Source: Cyanophora paradoxa CCMP329
Lineage: Eukaryota; Plantae; Glaucophyta
Reading direction: 5' to 3'
Length of the DNA stretch: 64,000 bases
Assembly: GCA_004431415.1 (NCBI GenBank)
Contig: QPMI01000457.1
Location: forward strand, 1 to 64,000
Part shown: positions 24,659 to 37,367 of the stretch, in pieces
Numbering within the stretch: the stretch's first letter is position 1
How the letters are laid out: each line of letters starts with the position of its first letter
Program-made: the position numbers and the translations under genes
Notes under the pieces: generated by a model
Seen by the model: only the letters and a program-made list of their open reading frames with translations
Databases searched by the model: none
What the model was told of the DNA's origin: nothing

Positions 24659-25800
24659 TTACGCCTTGACCATCTGGCCCTTGGCAACGCCTGCGCAAAG
24701 GGATCGGAACGGAGCTTCGGGGCCGCCGCAGGCGGCGGGCGGGCGGCGCGGGGCGCACCGTACAACCGCTTCCGGATCTCGGGGAGCTTGCCCTGGTACG
24801 CGATGTCGAGGCGAGCCTCAAGCGTGTTGTTGCAGACGATGCGGCCGCCCTGGGAGCTCAGGATGACGCCGCCGGCGCTGCAAGGGGGGGCGGGTGAGGC
24901 GCCGCGCGGAGGGGCAGTGGGGCGGGGCGGCGGACCAGGTGGCGCCCTGGGCGCTGCCGGGCGGGGGCGGGAGGGGGCTCGAGGAGTCGTGCGTGGCCTT
25001 GATGTCGGCGCCGGTCTTGTCCTTGTACTCCTTAACGGCCGACGAGATGCACTGCGGGCCTGTCAGCGCAGAGGGGGGCAGCGGCGCGCGGCGCGCGAAC
25101 TTCGTTGATGATGCTGTTATCAACCTCTCTGCAGCGGATGGTGACCTCCTTGTCGCCGAGCATGTGGAAGCCCTGCCGGAAACCGAGTCGGCGCACTCGC
25201 GGCGGCGGCGCACCCAGGCGATTCGCGCACCTGGAGGATGAGATCCTTCACCAACTTCTTGTACTTGTCGCTGGGCTTGCCGACGTCCGCGAGGATCTTC
25301 TTCACGTCCTCGAGGATCTCCTGGAGGCTCTCGTCGCGCGCCTTCAGGCACTTGAGGCGGGAGGCATTCACGTCCATCGAATAAGCACTGCGGAGCGAGG
25401 CGGCGCCCCGCGTGAGCCCAGCGCAATGAGCCAGGCGCCCCCGACTCTTCGGCCACGCACATCTTCTTCTGAACCTCGACCTGCTTCTCCTTGCGCTCGT
25501 AGTCCTTGCGGATCTTGGTCTTCTCGGCCTCGACCATACGCAGCTTCTCAATGTTGAACTCCTCCTCCGCCTTCACGGCGATTTCGCTCGCCTTCTCCTG
25601 TGCCTCCTGCTTGATGAAGTTCACCATCTGTGATACGCGTTCCGAATGAGCATTCGCGCAATCCGAAGCAAAGCTATGCGTCGGATAGGCGTCGCGCCGC
25701 CGGGGCGGCGATGCGATGAGTCGACGAGACCCTGGGCCAATCGTCGTCCGGCGCGCAAGCTAACCTGGGAAATCTGCTTCTTGACATCTGCGTCCTGCAT
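24659..25800 (-). CDS. ATP6V1E: V-type proton ATPase subunit E
   Basis: [12 protein letters not shown]|[55 protein letters not shown] ... [28 protein letters not shown]. Confidence 0.96.
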
Positions 25801-26038
25801 GGCTGCGACCTGCGCCCGCCGACTGTTAGCCATGGGGTCGCATGTTGCACGAGATCCACCCGCGATTCGGCAATCGCCCGCTCCCTCGCGTTCTCAACGA
25901 ACCTAGACTGCGAACTGCCAGAGGCTGTGGACGAGACCCGAGACCCGGAAAGCTGGGCGAATCCGGTACCCTGGTCAGCGTGTCACAGTGTCACTGGGCT
26001 AGGCTTCTTTCCCGCAGCTTTGCAGACCGCTGCAATCG

Positions 26039-26886
26039 ATGGTGGAGATGGATAAGCCGCTGGCTGGCTGCAGATTCGCCTTCGACAGGCCAAGAACCGG
26101 GCAGCGTGAGATGTTGATCGACGCGGGCGTCAAGCGCCTTGTCAGTGCTGGCGGTGGGATCGTCGAGCGCACATTCAACAAGAAGGTGATCCACACCCGT
26201 ACGCAGCCCCGGCCGGGGAATGTCCGCGTAGACGTTCGCTTCGAATTTTGCCGCGCTTGGCCCACTCCGCCCGGCTAGCGCCAGCCCTTGGATGCTTGAA
26301 TTCGGCTTAAATCGGCATTGCAGTTCACGTATTTCGTAGTTCGTAGACGTAGACGGCTAGGCCGGCGCTCAATCTGCCCGCTAGCACCAGCTCCAGCTGC
26401 GGCCCTCCAGCATGGATGCTTGGATTCGGCTGAAATCGGTCTTGCAGGTCACGCATTTTGTGTGCACGCCCGAGCAGCTGGTCGTCGAGGGGCGCGGGAC
26501 GTGCGCACGGGAGAGGCGACGGCTGCTCAAGGAGCGGCGGGCCGCAGGAGGTGCGTGGCGGGGCCTCGGAGGGTGCTTCCCGCCCTCTCTTTTGCTGCTC
26601 TGACGCTTCTCGCGGCGCAGTCTTCTTCGTGACTCGGGACTGGGTGGAGGACTGCGTGCGGGACCGCGCGCGGCTGCCCGAGGCGGCGTACGTCGTGAGC
26701 GCGTCCGAGGCGGACGGGAAGGGCGAGGGCGGGGACGACAGCGACGTGGAGCTGGCGGACGCGCCGCCGGAGGAGCCGCCCGCGCGGGCGCGCGCGAAGC
26801 GGAGGCGGACGACGGCCGCCGAGGCCGCCGAGACGGCCCCGAGCCCCAAGCGGGCCCGCCGGGGGCGCAAGACGGGCGCCTCGTGA
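26039..26886 (+). CDS. Single BRCT-domain protein with C-terminal NLS-like basic tail
   Basis: PLAGCRFAF..GGGIVERTFNKK|VTHFVC..VFFVTRDWVEDCVRDRARLPEAAY matches the BRCT WxxxC pattern. The tail contains KRRR and PKRARRGRK. Confidence 0.75.
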
Positions 26887-26973
26887 GCGCGCGCCCCCGA
26901 TCCCCCGTCCGTCCGCGCAGTCGCGCTAGTGTACATGCATACATTCTGCCCTCTCTGCAGCTGCGGGGCGGGC

Positions 26974-29900
26974 CTAGTCGTCGCCCTCGCCGTCGCCGAG
27001 CTCGAAGAGGGCGGCGTCGTTGTCCGCGCTCGGCGCCGGCTTCGCGGGGCCCGTCGCGGGGGAGCCGCCCGCAGACGGCGCTGCGGGGGCCTCCGCCGCC
27101 GCCGCCGCCGCCGGCGGGGCGGGGCGGGTCGTCCAGCGGCACTTCCTCCTCCGAGTCCGCCCCGCCCGCCGCCGCCGCCGCCGCCGCCGCCGGGGCGGGT
27201 GCCGGCGCCTGCGCCGCGCTGCGCTCCAGGGCCGCCATCGCCGCCGCCTGCTCGCGCTGCGCCCGGATCGCCTGCGCGCGGCGCGCACGCGTCGGCCGGC
27301 GCCCTCGAGCTCGAAACAGAGGGAGCTGCGCCCCGCACCTCGAGGTTCTTCTTGACGAGCTCGACGCAGGCCTGCGACTGGGGCAGCGTGTACACGTGCG
27401 CCACCCGCGTCGCCTCCCCCGCCACGAACTCGAACGTCGCCTGCGCGGGGGTACGCGTGGGCCGCCAAACCGAGGTCTGGGGAAGGGGGTACGGGCGCAC
27501 GCGGTGGGGGTCGGACTTGAGGAGGGAGATGCGGAGGAGCTCCTCGAGGCGATGCTGGGAGCGGACGTAGGCCCAGCCCATGCGGGAGCGGTGCGCCTCG
27601 AGGCCCAGCACCCACTTGGGGGAGACGACGAGGTACATCGGGACCTGCGCCCCCGAGCGCTTGCGGAGGCGGCTGCCGCTGAAGAAGGCGATGTCGGGGT
27701 CGGCCATCCAGTGCTGCACGGGCACGCAGGCGTTCGCCGGCATCCGCGCCTCGCTCCCGATGTCCACGTCCGGCAGCCGCGGCGCCGCCGAGGCCGCCCC
27801 GGGCTCCGGCATCGCGTCCCCGGCGTCCCCCAGCTCCCACTCGTCGTCCACCAGCTCAAAGCCGCGCGGCCGCGCCGCCGGCGGGCGCGACGGGCCGCCC
27901 CCGCCCCGCGCCGGCGCCTCCATGGGGTCGTCCGTCCCGTCCAGCGAGAAGCGCGCCTGGGCGAGATCGGAAGGGGTCAGAGCGGGGAGGGCCGGACGGC
28001 GGCGCGGGTTCGCTCGCACCACGAAATGCTCGAGGGGCTCGGCGTCCTCGGCGGGGCCGGCGGCGGCCTCGGGCTCGGGCGCGACGGCCCCGGAGGCGCC
28101 GGCGAGGCGGGCGCGGGCCTTGCGGACGCCCTCGGCGATGCCGCCGCGGGCGTCGCTGGCGAGCCGCTCGACGCGGCGGGAGAGCTCGGAGCGGCCCTCG
28201 CGGAGCAGCGCCTCCAGCTCGGCCCGCTTCTCCTTGGCCTCCCCGACGAGGTGCTCGGCGAGGCCGGCGGGGCCGTGCGCGATGCGCTCGAGGGCGGAGG
28301 CGCCCTGCTCCTTGGCGCGCCGCCGCAGCCGGCTGAGCATCGAGGCGAGGTCCTTGGCGCCGGCGGCGAGGTCGAGGCCGGCGGGGCGGGCCTCGGGGCG
28401 GCAGACGGCGCAGGCGGCGGGGTCGTGGTCGGCGAGCTCCAGGAGGCCGTCCTCGAAGAGCTCGTGGCAGGCCCGGAACCCGCCCTCCACGAACGAGATG
28501 CGGGGGAAGTGGGCGTTCAGGAAGAGGAGGAGCACGGAGGCGGCCACCGCGTCCTCCTCGAGGCCCTGCCCCTGCAGGAACGAGCGCGCCGGCTGCCCCG
28601 GGGCGCTCTTCGCCGTGCCCGACTTGACGGGCGCTCCGCCGCGGCCGAGGAAGGTGAGGTGGCAGCCGCGGAGGCGCTGGACGCCCTCGACGAAGGCGAC
28701 GAGCTTCTCGGGCTCGTCGAAGATGGCGGGGTCCACGTCCACGGCCGTCGGCACCCGCCCCGCCGCCTTCTCCTCCGCCGTCCGGCAGTCGAACACGAAG
28801 AAGCGCAGCGCCGCCGCCGCCGACGAAGACGCCCCCGCCGACGACGACGATGAAGACGACGCCGTCGCGTTCCCTCCCAGCGAGAGCGGCGGCGGCTGCG
28901 GGGCGGTCGTCGGAGGCCGCGGCGGGCGGGGGGGCGGGCGGGCGGGCGGGAGGATCGGGGCGGACGGCGCGGCGGGCGAGGCACTGGGCGAGGGCCTCGG
29001 CGGGGCCACCGGGATCGCGATGAGCTCCTGCGGGGAGGGGACAGGAGCCGGGCTCAGGGCGCGCGAGGCGCGAGCCGTGGCGCGGCAGGGCGGCAGGCGG
29101 GGACCTTGAGGGCCTCGTAGACCTCCTCGAGCTCGCGGCCGCCCGGCGAGCGCGGCGCCGGGTTCGCCGGCGTCGGCTGCGGCCCGCTCGCGACGCCCCC
29201 GCGGGCGAAGATGTGCGTGAAGAGCTGCCGCCGGTACGAGCGCGGCGTCTCCGCGAGGAGCTCCTTGGCGCGCGCCGCGAGCTCGCGCGCCTCCCCCGCG
29301 CCGGCGACGGTCAGGCAGACCAGCGCCTCCGGCAGCTGCGAGGCGTGCGTCGCCAGCAGCTCCGCCCTGCCCGACCCCTCAGCCTGGGAGGAGGAGGGCG
29401 GTGCGGGGAGGGGCGGGGCGGGCCGGTTGCGGGAGACGAGGGCGACGGCGAAGAAGTAGGGGGCGAGGGGGTCGTTCTCGGTGAGGAGCCAGTCCCACAC
29501 GGGGAAGACCACGTCGACTGCGCCGCGGGGCAGGCTAAGCCGGCGGGCGAGGATCGAGGGCGCGGGGGCGCACTGCGGAGGGAGCGGGCGAAGAGGGTGA
29601 GGAACCAGGGGACGGCGTAGAGGTCCGGGGAGGCCCCGTGCGTGTCCAGGAAGAGGCACAGCTGCGCGGGGGCGCGGAGTGAGGAGGGCGGAGGGCAGGA
29701 GCTGCCGTCCGGCCTCCGGCCGGCGCGGACCTGCGGGTCGTGGTAGAGCAGCAGCAGCCGGAAGAGGAGCAGGCCCCGCGGCAGGAACTTGTCGTCTGCG
29801 ACTACTTTAAGGAGGGGAGGGAGGAGGGGGGGAGGGGGAAGGGGGGGAGGGGGGACCCGTGAAGAGGTTCGGGAGGTACCGCGCGATGAGGGCGTAGAAG

Positions 29901-30713
29901 CTGTACCCCGCGTGAGGGGCGGAGCGGGGGGCACAAAACCGGGGAAGAGGCGGAGGCGGGGTACCAGTTGAAGATGGCGGGCCTGGAGGGGCGGGCGCGC
30001 GCGTGAGCGGGGCGGGGGCCGGGAGCCGGGGCGCGGGGCGGGCGGGCGGCACTTGGGGAGGCCGAGGAGGAAGAAAGGGGCGACGATCTCGTTGAGGCCC
30101 TGGACGTAGGAGACGGAGCGGCGCTTGCAGTAGAGCGTCAGGATGCGCTCCAGCTCCTCCTGCCGCTTCGCGTCCTTGAACTCTGCGGCGCCGGCCCCGT
30201 CGGCCTGTGCGTGCGGCGGCGGCCAGCGGGCCAACGCGGCTGCGGGCGGGCGGACCGGTGAGCCCCTGGCGCGTGCGGGCGACGTCGGCGCGGACGAGCC
30301 ACTGCGACGGGCGCGCAGCGCGTGAGGCGGGGGCGTCGATGGGTGGCCGGCCCGGCGGCGCCGACCTGGTTGACGAGGTCCAGCTTGACGTCGAAGACCT
30401 CCAGGTTGCCCTCCTTGCCGTGCACGTTCAGCAGCCGCGACCAAACCTCGCCCCGGACTTCTGACGGCACGCCCGATGCGCATAGCTGCAGACGCGGTTT
30501 AGCGCGGGCTGGCTTCGACTTGTATCCATGTGCAAACCGTCTTCAGGACTTCGATATCCACCCGCGGCTTCGCCAGCTCCGCCCTGACCGCTGCCAGCCT
30601 GATGAAAGCGCCGGTCAGCGCGTGTGAACCGCGGATGGACGACGGTGGACGTTCGCTCACGCTTCCGGCTTGGAGGGCTCGGCGACATACTCCGCTGGGT
30701 CGCGTACATTCAT
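26974..30713 (-). CDS. TBC1D23: TBC1D23 (TBC/Rab-GAP + rhodanese + C-terminal PH-like domain)
   Basis: TBC: VPSEVRGEVWSRLL, LTLYCKRRSVSYVQGLNE, FRLLLLYHDPQLCLFLD, PDLYAVPWF. Rhodanese: FFVFDCRT..HLTFLGRG..FPRISFVEGGF. C-terminal domain: YLVVSPKWVLGL..GWAYVRSQHRLEELLRISLLKSDP. Confidence 0.9.
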
Positions 30714-31085
30714 GACGACCGTCGGGCGGTTGCTCCGGGCGCCGCCGCTCGTCACTGAGCACGTTCCCGAGTCGAAGCCGGACCGGTTTCACGCGAAAGC
30801 CTGCAGCTCTGCTAAGACTCTGCTAAGACTGCTAAGTCACTGCTTGCCGAGCGGGGTACCCCGACGAAAGAGCTTGCATCCTCCACACGCAGACGCCACC
30901 CCCCGGGGCCGGGGATATCGACGTGCTGAATTTTCGACTCGGGAGAGGGTGCGCTGATTGCGGCCCTTGCGATCGCATGAGCGCAGCTTGTTGATCGGAC
31001 GCGGACAACTAGAACCGCCTGCCCAGCGAACCGACCTTGCCGAAGTGTTCGCTAGTACGCGAGCGGCACGGTTGGCGGGCAGCAG

Positions 31086-33839
31086 ATGGCTGGCGTAGAG
31101 GACGCTAGCGCTCCGGCGACGCGCGCGGATCTCTGGTCCGCCGTATCTCGAAGGCCCGCTGGCTCCTCTGGCCCCTTCGTCCATCGGACGGCGCAGCGGA
31201 TATGCGAGAACGTTGGCTCCGTCCTCTGCGCGGCCATCTCAGAGGTCCGCTCGCGCTGGTCGATCGAGATCGCCCTCCCGAGCCTTCGTGCTCTATCCCT
31301 TAGCGTCTACTTGCGCTGTGCTTCGGATGCTGAGCGACGGCGGACGGACACCGCCCCGCAGGACGGGCGGCTAATCGCGCTTGGGACGGACACGGACAGT
31401 CCGAACGATCTTCGCGGCAAGGGCTACCTCCGCGTGCTGCCGGCCGAGCCGCCGAGTCCGGTGCGCCGCGCGCCGTCCCTGCGCTCAGCGCCGCCCGACC
31501 GCCCGTGGCACAGGTTTCCCCCGGGGAGGGCTGGGCGGTCGAGTCGGCGCACGAAGGGGCGCGCGTGACGTGCGTGCGCTTTCTTGGGCGCAACGGGCGG
31601 CAGCTCCTCTCGGGGGGCGGGGACGGCTTCCTTCGTACGTGGGACACGGCCCTGCGCGCGCCCCTTCCGGGGGCCATCCCCGCCGGCGCCCCCGTCCTCG
31701 CCATCGACGTCTCCCGGGTGGGCCCACCCCCCTCCCCTCCCGCCGTGCCCCCCTCCGCTGAGGGCGGCGCGGGCAGGACGGGAGGAAGCTGGCGGCAGCG
31801 CTCGAGGGGGCGCCGGCGGGCGTGTGGAGCCTGGTGACCCTCAAGCGCCTCTGCAGCCTCGCCGGCCTCGAGTCGCACCCCACCTTCGTCGCGCTCTCTC
31901 CGGTGCCCCGGGACCCGCCCCGTCCCGCCCCGCCCCGCCCGTCCAGTCGCGGTGCCTGACGCGGGGCCGGGCGGCAGTGCGGGGCGCACGTGGCGGCGGC
32001 GGGCGGTGACGGCGGTGCTGTGCTCGTAGCGGACGCGGCGACGGGGCGGCCGCTCTGGTCGGCGCGGCTCGAGGGCGGCCCTGCCGGCCCGCTCTGCTTC
32101 ACGCCCGACGGGGCGCGCGTCCTCTGCGGCGTCGGCGGGACGGACTGCGGCGTGCACGCCTTCGAGGCGCGGGACGGGCGCCCCTGCGGCCCGCCGCGCG
32201 CCGGTCACTTTGACGCCGTCACCTGTCTCGCGGTCTCCTCGGTGCGCGGTCTCTCCTTGGTGCGCAGGGGAAAGCACAGGGCCGACGCGCCCCGCAGGAC
32301 GGGACGGCGGTGCTCTCCGGCAGCGCGGACGGCACGCTGAAGCTCTGGACGAGCGTGCCGGGGCGGCGGCGGGGGCCGGGCCGGGGCGGCCCTGGCGGAG
32401 CTCGCGGGGCACGCGGGGCCCGTCGCCTGCGCCGCCCTCTCCTCGGTGCGCGCCCTTCCCTCGGGCCCGCCCGGGCCCGCGTAGACGCGGTCGGGCGCGC
32501 GCGCAGGACGGGCGCTGGGCGGTGTCGGGCTCGCGGGACGGGACGGCCCGCCTCTGGCGCGCCCCGGGGGCCGGCGCGGAGCCCGAGGAGGAGCCGCGGG
32601 GCGAGGCGGGGGCTCGGAGGAGGCGCGGGCCGGCTCGTGGCCGCCGCTCTCGCCGCGGCGCGGGGCTGGGAGGCCGCCGAGCGGCGCGCCGCGGCGGCGG
32701 AGGCGGAGGCGGCGGCGCTCGCCGCGGAGCTCGCCGCGTGAGGGCCCTGCTCCGTGAGGCCCGCGGCGAGCCGGCCGGCCCCGGCCCCGGCGCCGGCCCC
32801 GCCACAGCCTCAAACCCGCCCACGCCCACGCCCTCTCCCCGCGGCGCCCGCCCTGTCCCCGGCCCCGTCCTCGACCCTGGCCGCGGATGCGGCCCCGCTG
32901 CCGCCGTCCCCCTGGGGCGCCCGAGCCCCCGCCGCCGCCGCCGCCCGACCTGACCCCTCGCCGGCCCCGCGCCGGTCTCCGCTGTGACGCACGCCGTCTC
33001 CGTCCCCGCCGGCGCCCCGCACGCGCCCGTCTACGCGGTCGGTCTCTTCGCGCCGCACCCCGCCCGCGCGGCCGGCCTCCGCCCCGTCGACCCCTTCGCC
33101 CCCGCTCCGGCTCGCCCCTCCCGCCCCCGTTCCCCGCCACGCAGGCGCCGCCCACGCGGCCCCGCCCCGCCTCGTACCCCGCGGGGGTGCAGCACCACGG
33201 GCGGCACCACTCCCAGCCAGCCGCCGCTGCCCTCCGTCCTACCCCCGCCAGTCCGCGCACCCGCACGCCCCGCCGGGCCCCGCCCACGACCCCTTCGGCG
33301 GGCCGCGCGGCCAGCCGCCCCACTACATTCCCGACCCCTTCGCCCCTCTGCCGGCGGAGCAGCAGCCGGCGCCCCTCTCGGACCCGGCGCCCCGCCTCGA
33401 GCCGCCCCCGGTGTCCCGCGGCGACCCCTTCCGGCCGGGCTCCCCATCGCCCCGCCCGCGCAGGCCGCCCCCGCGCCGCCCCCCGTGAGGCGCCCGCCCC
33501 GGCCCTCCCCGAACCCAAGCGGCGGCGCGGGTCGTCGGCCGCCGCCCAGCGGGCCGCCCCGAGCCGTCGGGCTCCCTTCCCCCCTTCCCCGAGCTACCTT
33601 TCTTCCTCGGCGGCCGCGCCGCCCCCGCCGGCCCCTCCCAGTCCCCAGGCCCTCCCCGCCAGCCGGCGCGGGGCCGGGGCACCCGCTTCGGTCTCTTCCC
33701 CCTCCCGGGCGCCGGGGCGGGAGCGCCGGCGTCGCCGAACGGGGCGGCCGGGGCGCCCGGGAGCCCGGGGTCGCAGTCGCCGGCGGCCTTCCTCCCGCCG
33801 GCCCCCGCCGCCCTCTTCCGCGGGCACCCCGACGCGTAG
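31086..33839 (+). CDS. WD40-repeat protein with coiled coil and Pro-rich C-terminus (3' end uncertain)
   Basis: HEGARVTCVRFL..LLSGGGDGFLRTWD, GHFDAVTCLAVS, LSGSADGTLKLW and AVSGSRDGTARLW. Confidence 0.8.
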
Positions 33840-34038
33840 GCCGCGCGCGCCGCTGCAACGCCGGCTGTACTGCATGAGAGCGAATGCGTGAATCTCATGT
33901 CTGAGCAGCCTGGCAGCAGAACTCGGAGGCGAGCCGCGATGGATTTGACATGCCGGCAGGCGGCGACAGCAGACATGCCCCGAACGGCAAGGAAAGCTTT
34001 GAGCGGTGTGAAAGTGAAATTGGGCCCGAGGCGGCGGC

Positions 34039-37000
34039 TCAGCGGGAGAGGCGGGCCTCGGGCTGGGTGGATGCCTCCCGGGCGAGGCGGGTGCGCCGGA
34101 TCCGCAGGCACTTGGGGCAGCCGCCCGCGGCCAGGGCGGCCCCGCGGCGCCCCGCGCCGGCCTCCCGCCGCTCCGCGCAGCGCACGTGCAGGCACGCGAA
34201 GCAGCCCGGGCACTGGCACACGGCGTCCTGCCGGACCCTCAGCGAGCGGGCAGGGCGAGAGCCGAACGCGGTACCCGCCTGGAAGGGGAAGACGGGGTCA
34301 GGGTCCCCACAGAGCTCGCAGATGAATCCCCGGGCGCGGCAGAGCTGCGCGGCCCGGCGCGTGAGAGGGGCCGGAGGGGGCGAGGGGATGCGGGGCGGGC
34401 GGGCGGGCGCGCCTCGCAGTCCCTCGCGACGTGCGCCGCGAGGCGGTCGCGGAGGGCGGCGAGGGCCGGCGCCAGCGTCCCCTCCTTCGCCTGCGTCCCG
34501 CCCCGCCCCCGCGCGTCAGTCAGGGCGCGCGGCTCGCCCGCGGCCCGGCCCCGGCGCCCCGCGCGCCTGCGCCAGGTCGCGCATGGTCCACTCGTTGGGC
34601 CGCTCGACGGCGTGCGCCCCGCGCTCCCCCGCCGCCCGCTCCAGCAGCGCCGCCCTGCGCAGGGCCTCAGAGAGATGCCGCGGCTCAGAGAGCAAGCAAC
34701 GCCGCACCCGCGGGGGCAGGCGCGGAGGAAGTCGAGCATAGAGAAGAGCTGGAGGCGGAGCTCGCGGGCCGCCGCCAGGCCCCGCGCCCCGTGGTGCAGC
34801 CCCGGGTTCGCCTCGCAGGCCGCCAGCGGCGCCTCCGAGTGTGCACGCTCCAGCAGCGCCGCCGCCGCGAAGCAGACGGGGCGCGGCGCGAAGTCCCACC
34901 GGTGCACGACGTGCGCCGGGATCGCCCGCCGGTCCTTCCCGCTGCACCGGTCGCAGTAGTGCGCCCCGTAGTACCAGCTGCGCGCCCGCCCGCCTCAGCC
35001 GCCCTCCCAAAGGGGCGGGCGGAAGGGAAGGGGGGAGGAAAGGGCGCGCCAGAAGCGGGCGGGGCGGGAGCCTGCGGGCCCGCCGAAGGTGCTGTAGCGG
35101 AGGAGGGCGGAGCAGGAGGGGCACTGCCCGTTGCGCGCGCTCCTCGCCTCCTCGTGCAGCGCCAGCGAGATGGGCCCCTCTTCCCACCGCCTGCGCCGTC
35201 CCCGGCTCGAGAAAGAAAGGGGTGCGGGCAGGGGGCGCTCACGGTGGGCAGCGGGTGCTCTTCTCCGCCTTGCCGCGGGCCGCGGCGGCCGGCGCCTCCG
35301 CCTGCTCCTCGGGCGACTCGCCCAGCAGAAGCGGCGGCGGCCGCCGCGGGTCCACAGCGTAGTTCTCGAGGATCACTGGGAGGCGGTCAGCGGGTGGGGC
35401 GGGGGCGCGGGGCGGGGGGGTACGCGCCGATGGCCTGGAGGAGGCGGCCGCCGAGCTGGGCGAAGGGGGGCGTGGCGGGGCGCGAGGGGGCCCCGCTGGA
35501 GGCGCTGCGGGCGCTCATCGGGCCGCTCTCCTGCGAGCGCGCCGAGGCCGGCGCCCCCTCCTCTTCCTCCTCCTCCTCATCGCCCTCGGAGGACGATGAG
35601 AGGCCGGAGGAGGACTCGGAATCCTCGCCGTCGTCGTCGGGCCGGGGGCCGGGGCCGGGGCCGGCGGTCGGAGGGAACTGGAAGCCGACGCTGGCGCGGC
35701 GCGAGGGGGGCGAGGAGGGCGGGGAGGGCAGCCGCGCGACGAGGGCGCCCCCGCGCTCGACCAGCGGCGGCGTGCGCGGCGACGGCGCGGCCGAGGCTGA
35801 GGCCGAGGCCGAGGGCTGCCCCGCGCGGGGCTCCTCGGCAGCCGCCGGCCGGGGTACGTAGGGGACCGGCGGGGGTACCTCGATGGTGAGCGGGGGGTCG
35901 GGGAGCGAGGCGGCCCGCGGGGACGAGAGAAAGGAGGAGCGGCGGAAAGGGGCGGGGGCCGAGCGCGCGGGGGCGTCGTCGCGGAACAAGCGGCGGGCGG
36001 AGCGGGGGGGCGGGGGAGAGGCGGCGTCCGATGCGCCCGAGGATGAGGTCGAGGCGGACGAGGAGGAGGAGAAGGAGGGCTCGGGGGGCGGGGCGGCGAC
36101 GTGGACGGGCGGGGCGGCGGGCGGCGGGAGGGGCGGCAGGCCCTCCAGCGGGTCCTCGTCCTCCGGGGGGTACGCGCGGTCCTCCGGGGGCGGGGCGGGC
36201 GGACCGAAGGCTGCGAAGGAGGGTGGCCCCGGCTCGGAAGCCGACTGTCGCCTGGCCTGAAGCGCGAGGGCGAGCAGCGGCCGCGCTGCGGCCGGCGGCT
36301 CGTGGCCTGCCCTTAGGTCCGCCGCCGGAGTCACGGAGGCGGGCGCCGCCGACGCGGATTCTGAGAGGGATCGATCGGAACTACCGCTGCTGCCGCTGCT
36401 GCTGGGCTCGCTGCCCGGCGACCGTTCCGAGCCGGAGGCGCGGCGCGGGGCCGGCGGGGCCCTCTGGTCAGCGGCGCCGGGCGCTGCTTCCGGTGCGTCG
36501 AGCGCGGGGTCGTCCTCTCGGAATCGGAATACAACGCCGGAGTGCTCGAGCTGCAGAAGGGCGCGCACGAGGCGGTCGGAGGCCGCCCCGTTACGCAGGA
36601 TCGAGCCCCGCTTGTAGTAATTCCGCACGAGCTCCCGGTTCGCCAGGAGCGCTCCGGCGTACTCGCTCAGGCTCCCGTCGTTCAGGCAGATCCTAAAAAA
36701 TGCGCGCAACCGCCCCCGGTCCGTCGCGAGCTGCGACGCGTGCGTCAGCGTTCGAAGCATCGAATTGCGTCCGTCGCGTCAGAGCCGAAGTGGGGCGGGT
36801 TGTGAAGATATAGAATTCTCTATCATTCTCTAGGTATGCAGAGGGAACGTTGGTGTCACCCGCGGCACGCGCCCTAGCCGAGAGGGCGAGCGACGCAAGG
36901 CGAGTAAGTTCGCAGCGCGCGAATCCCGCGCACCTTAAGCTTTGCGAGGCAGCGAATCACTCGCTCTCCGCTGGGAACGTTCACAGAGCTAGAGCCCACT

Positions 37001-37221
37001 TCGCTGACGAACTGCAGCGCTCGGCTAGTCGGATCATCCCCCACCACGCGCTGGAGCCAAGTCGGTTTGGTATCGAGCAGAAACAAACTAACTAGCGCTT
37101 GCTCAAGCTGCAGCGGCGCAGCCTCTGCGCTGTAGCCTTGATTGCGCTCGTTGATTGCGCTTCGAATTCTGTCCAGCACGACCTCGAGCGGCTGCTCCGC
37201 ACGCTCGGCCGACGCAGCCAT
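34039..37221 (-). CDS. RUN domain + Rubicon-homology (DUF4206/zf-RING_9) protein, Rubicon/PLEKHM1/DEF8-like
   Basis: RUN: TDRGRLRAFFRICLNDGSLSEYAGALLANRELVRNYYKRGSILR. RH: YCDRC..IPAHVVHRWDFAPRPVC, HVARDCE|LCRARGFICELC..VFPF, CPGCFACLHVRC..CPKCLR. Confidence 0.88.
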
Positions 37222-37367
37222 TCGCGCTGGCGGCCGCCTGGAGCGCGGAACGATTTGCGCAAATTGATCCCGCCGTACCCCGCCAGACCTTCAACCCCCC
37301 ATCTCTCCCGATCCTCGCTTCTTTGAGCCCCGCCAGCAAGCAAGAGCAGGAGCATTCCAGCTCGGAC

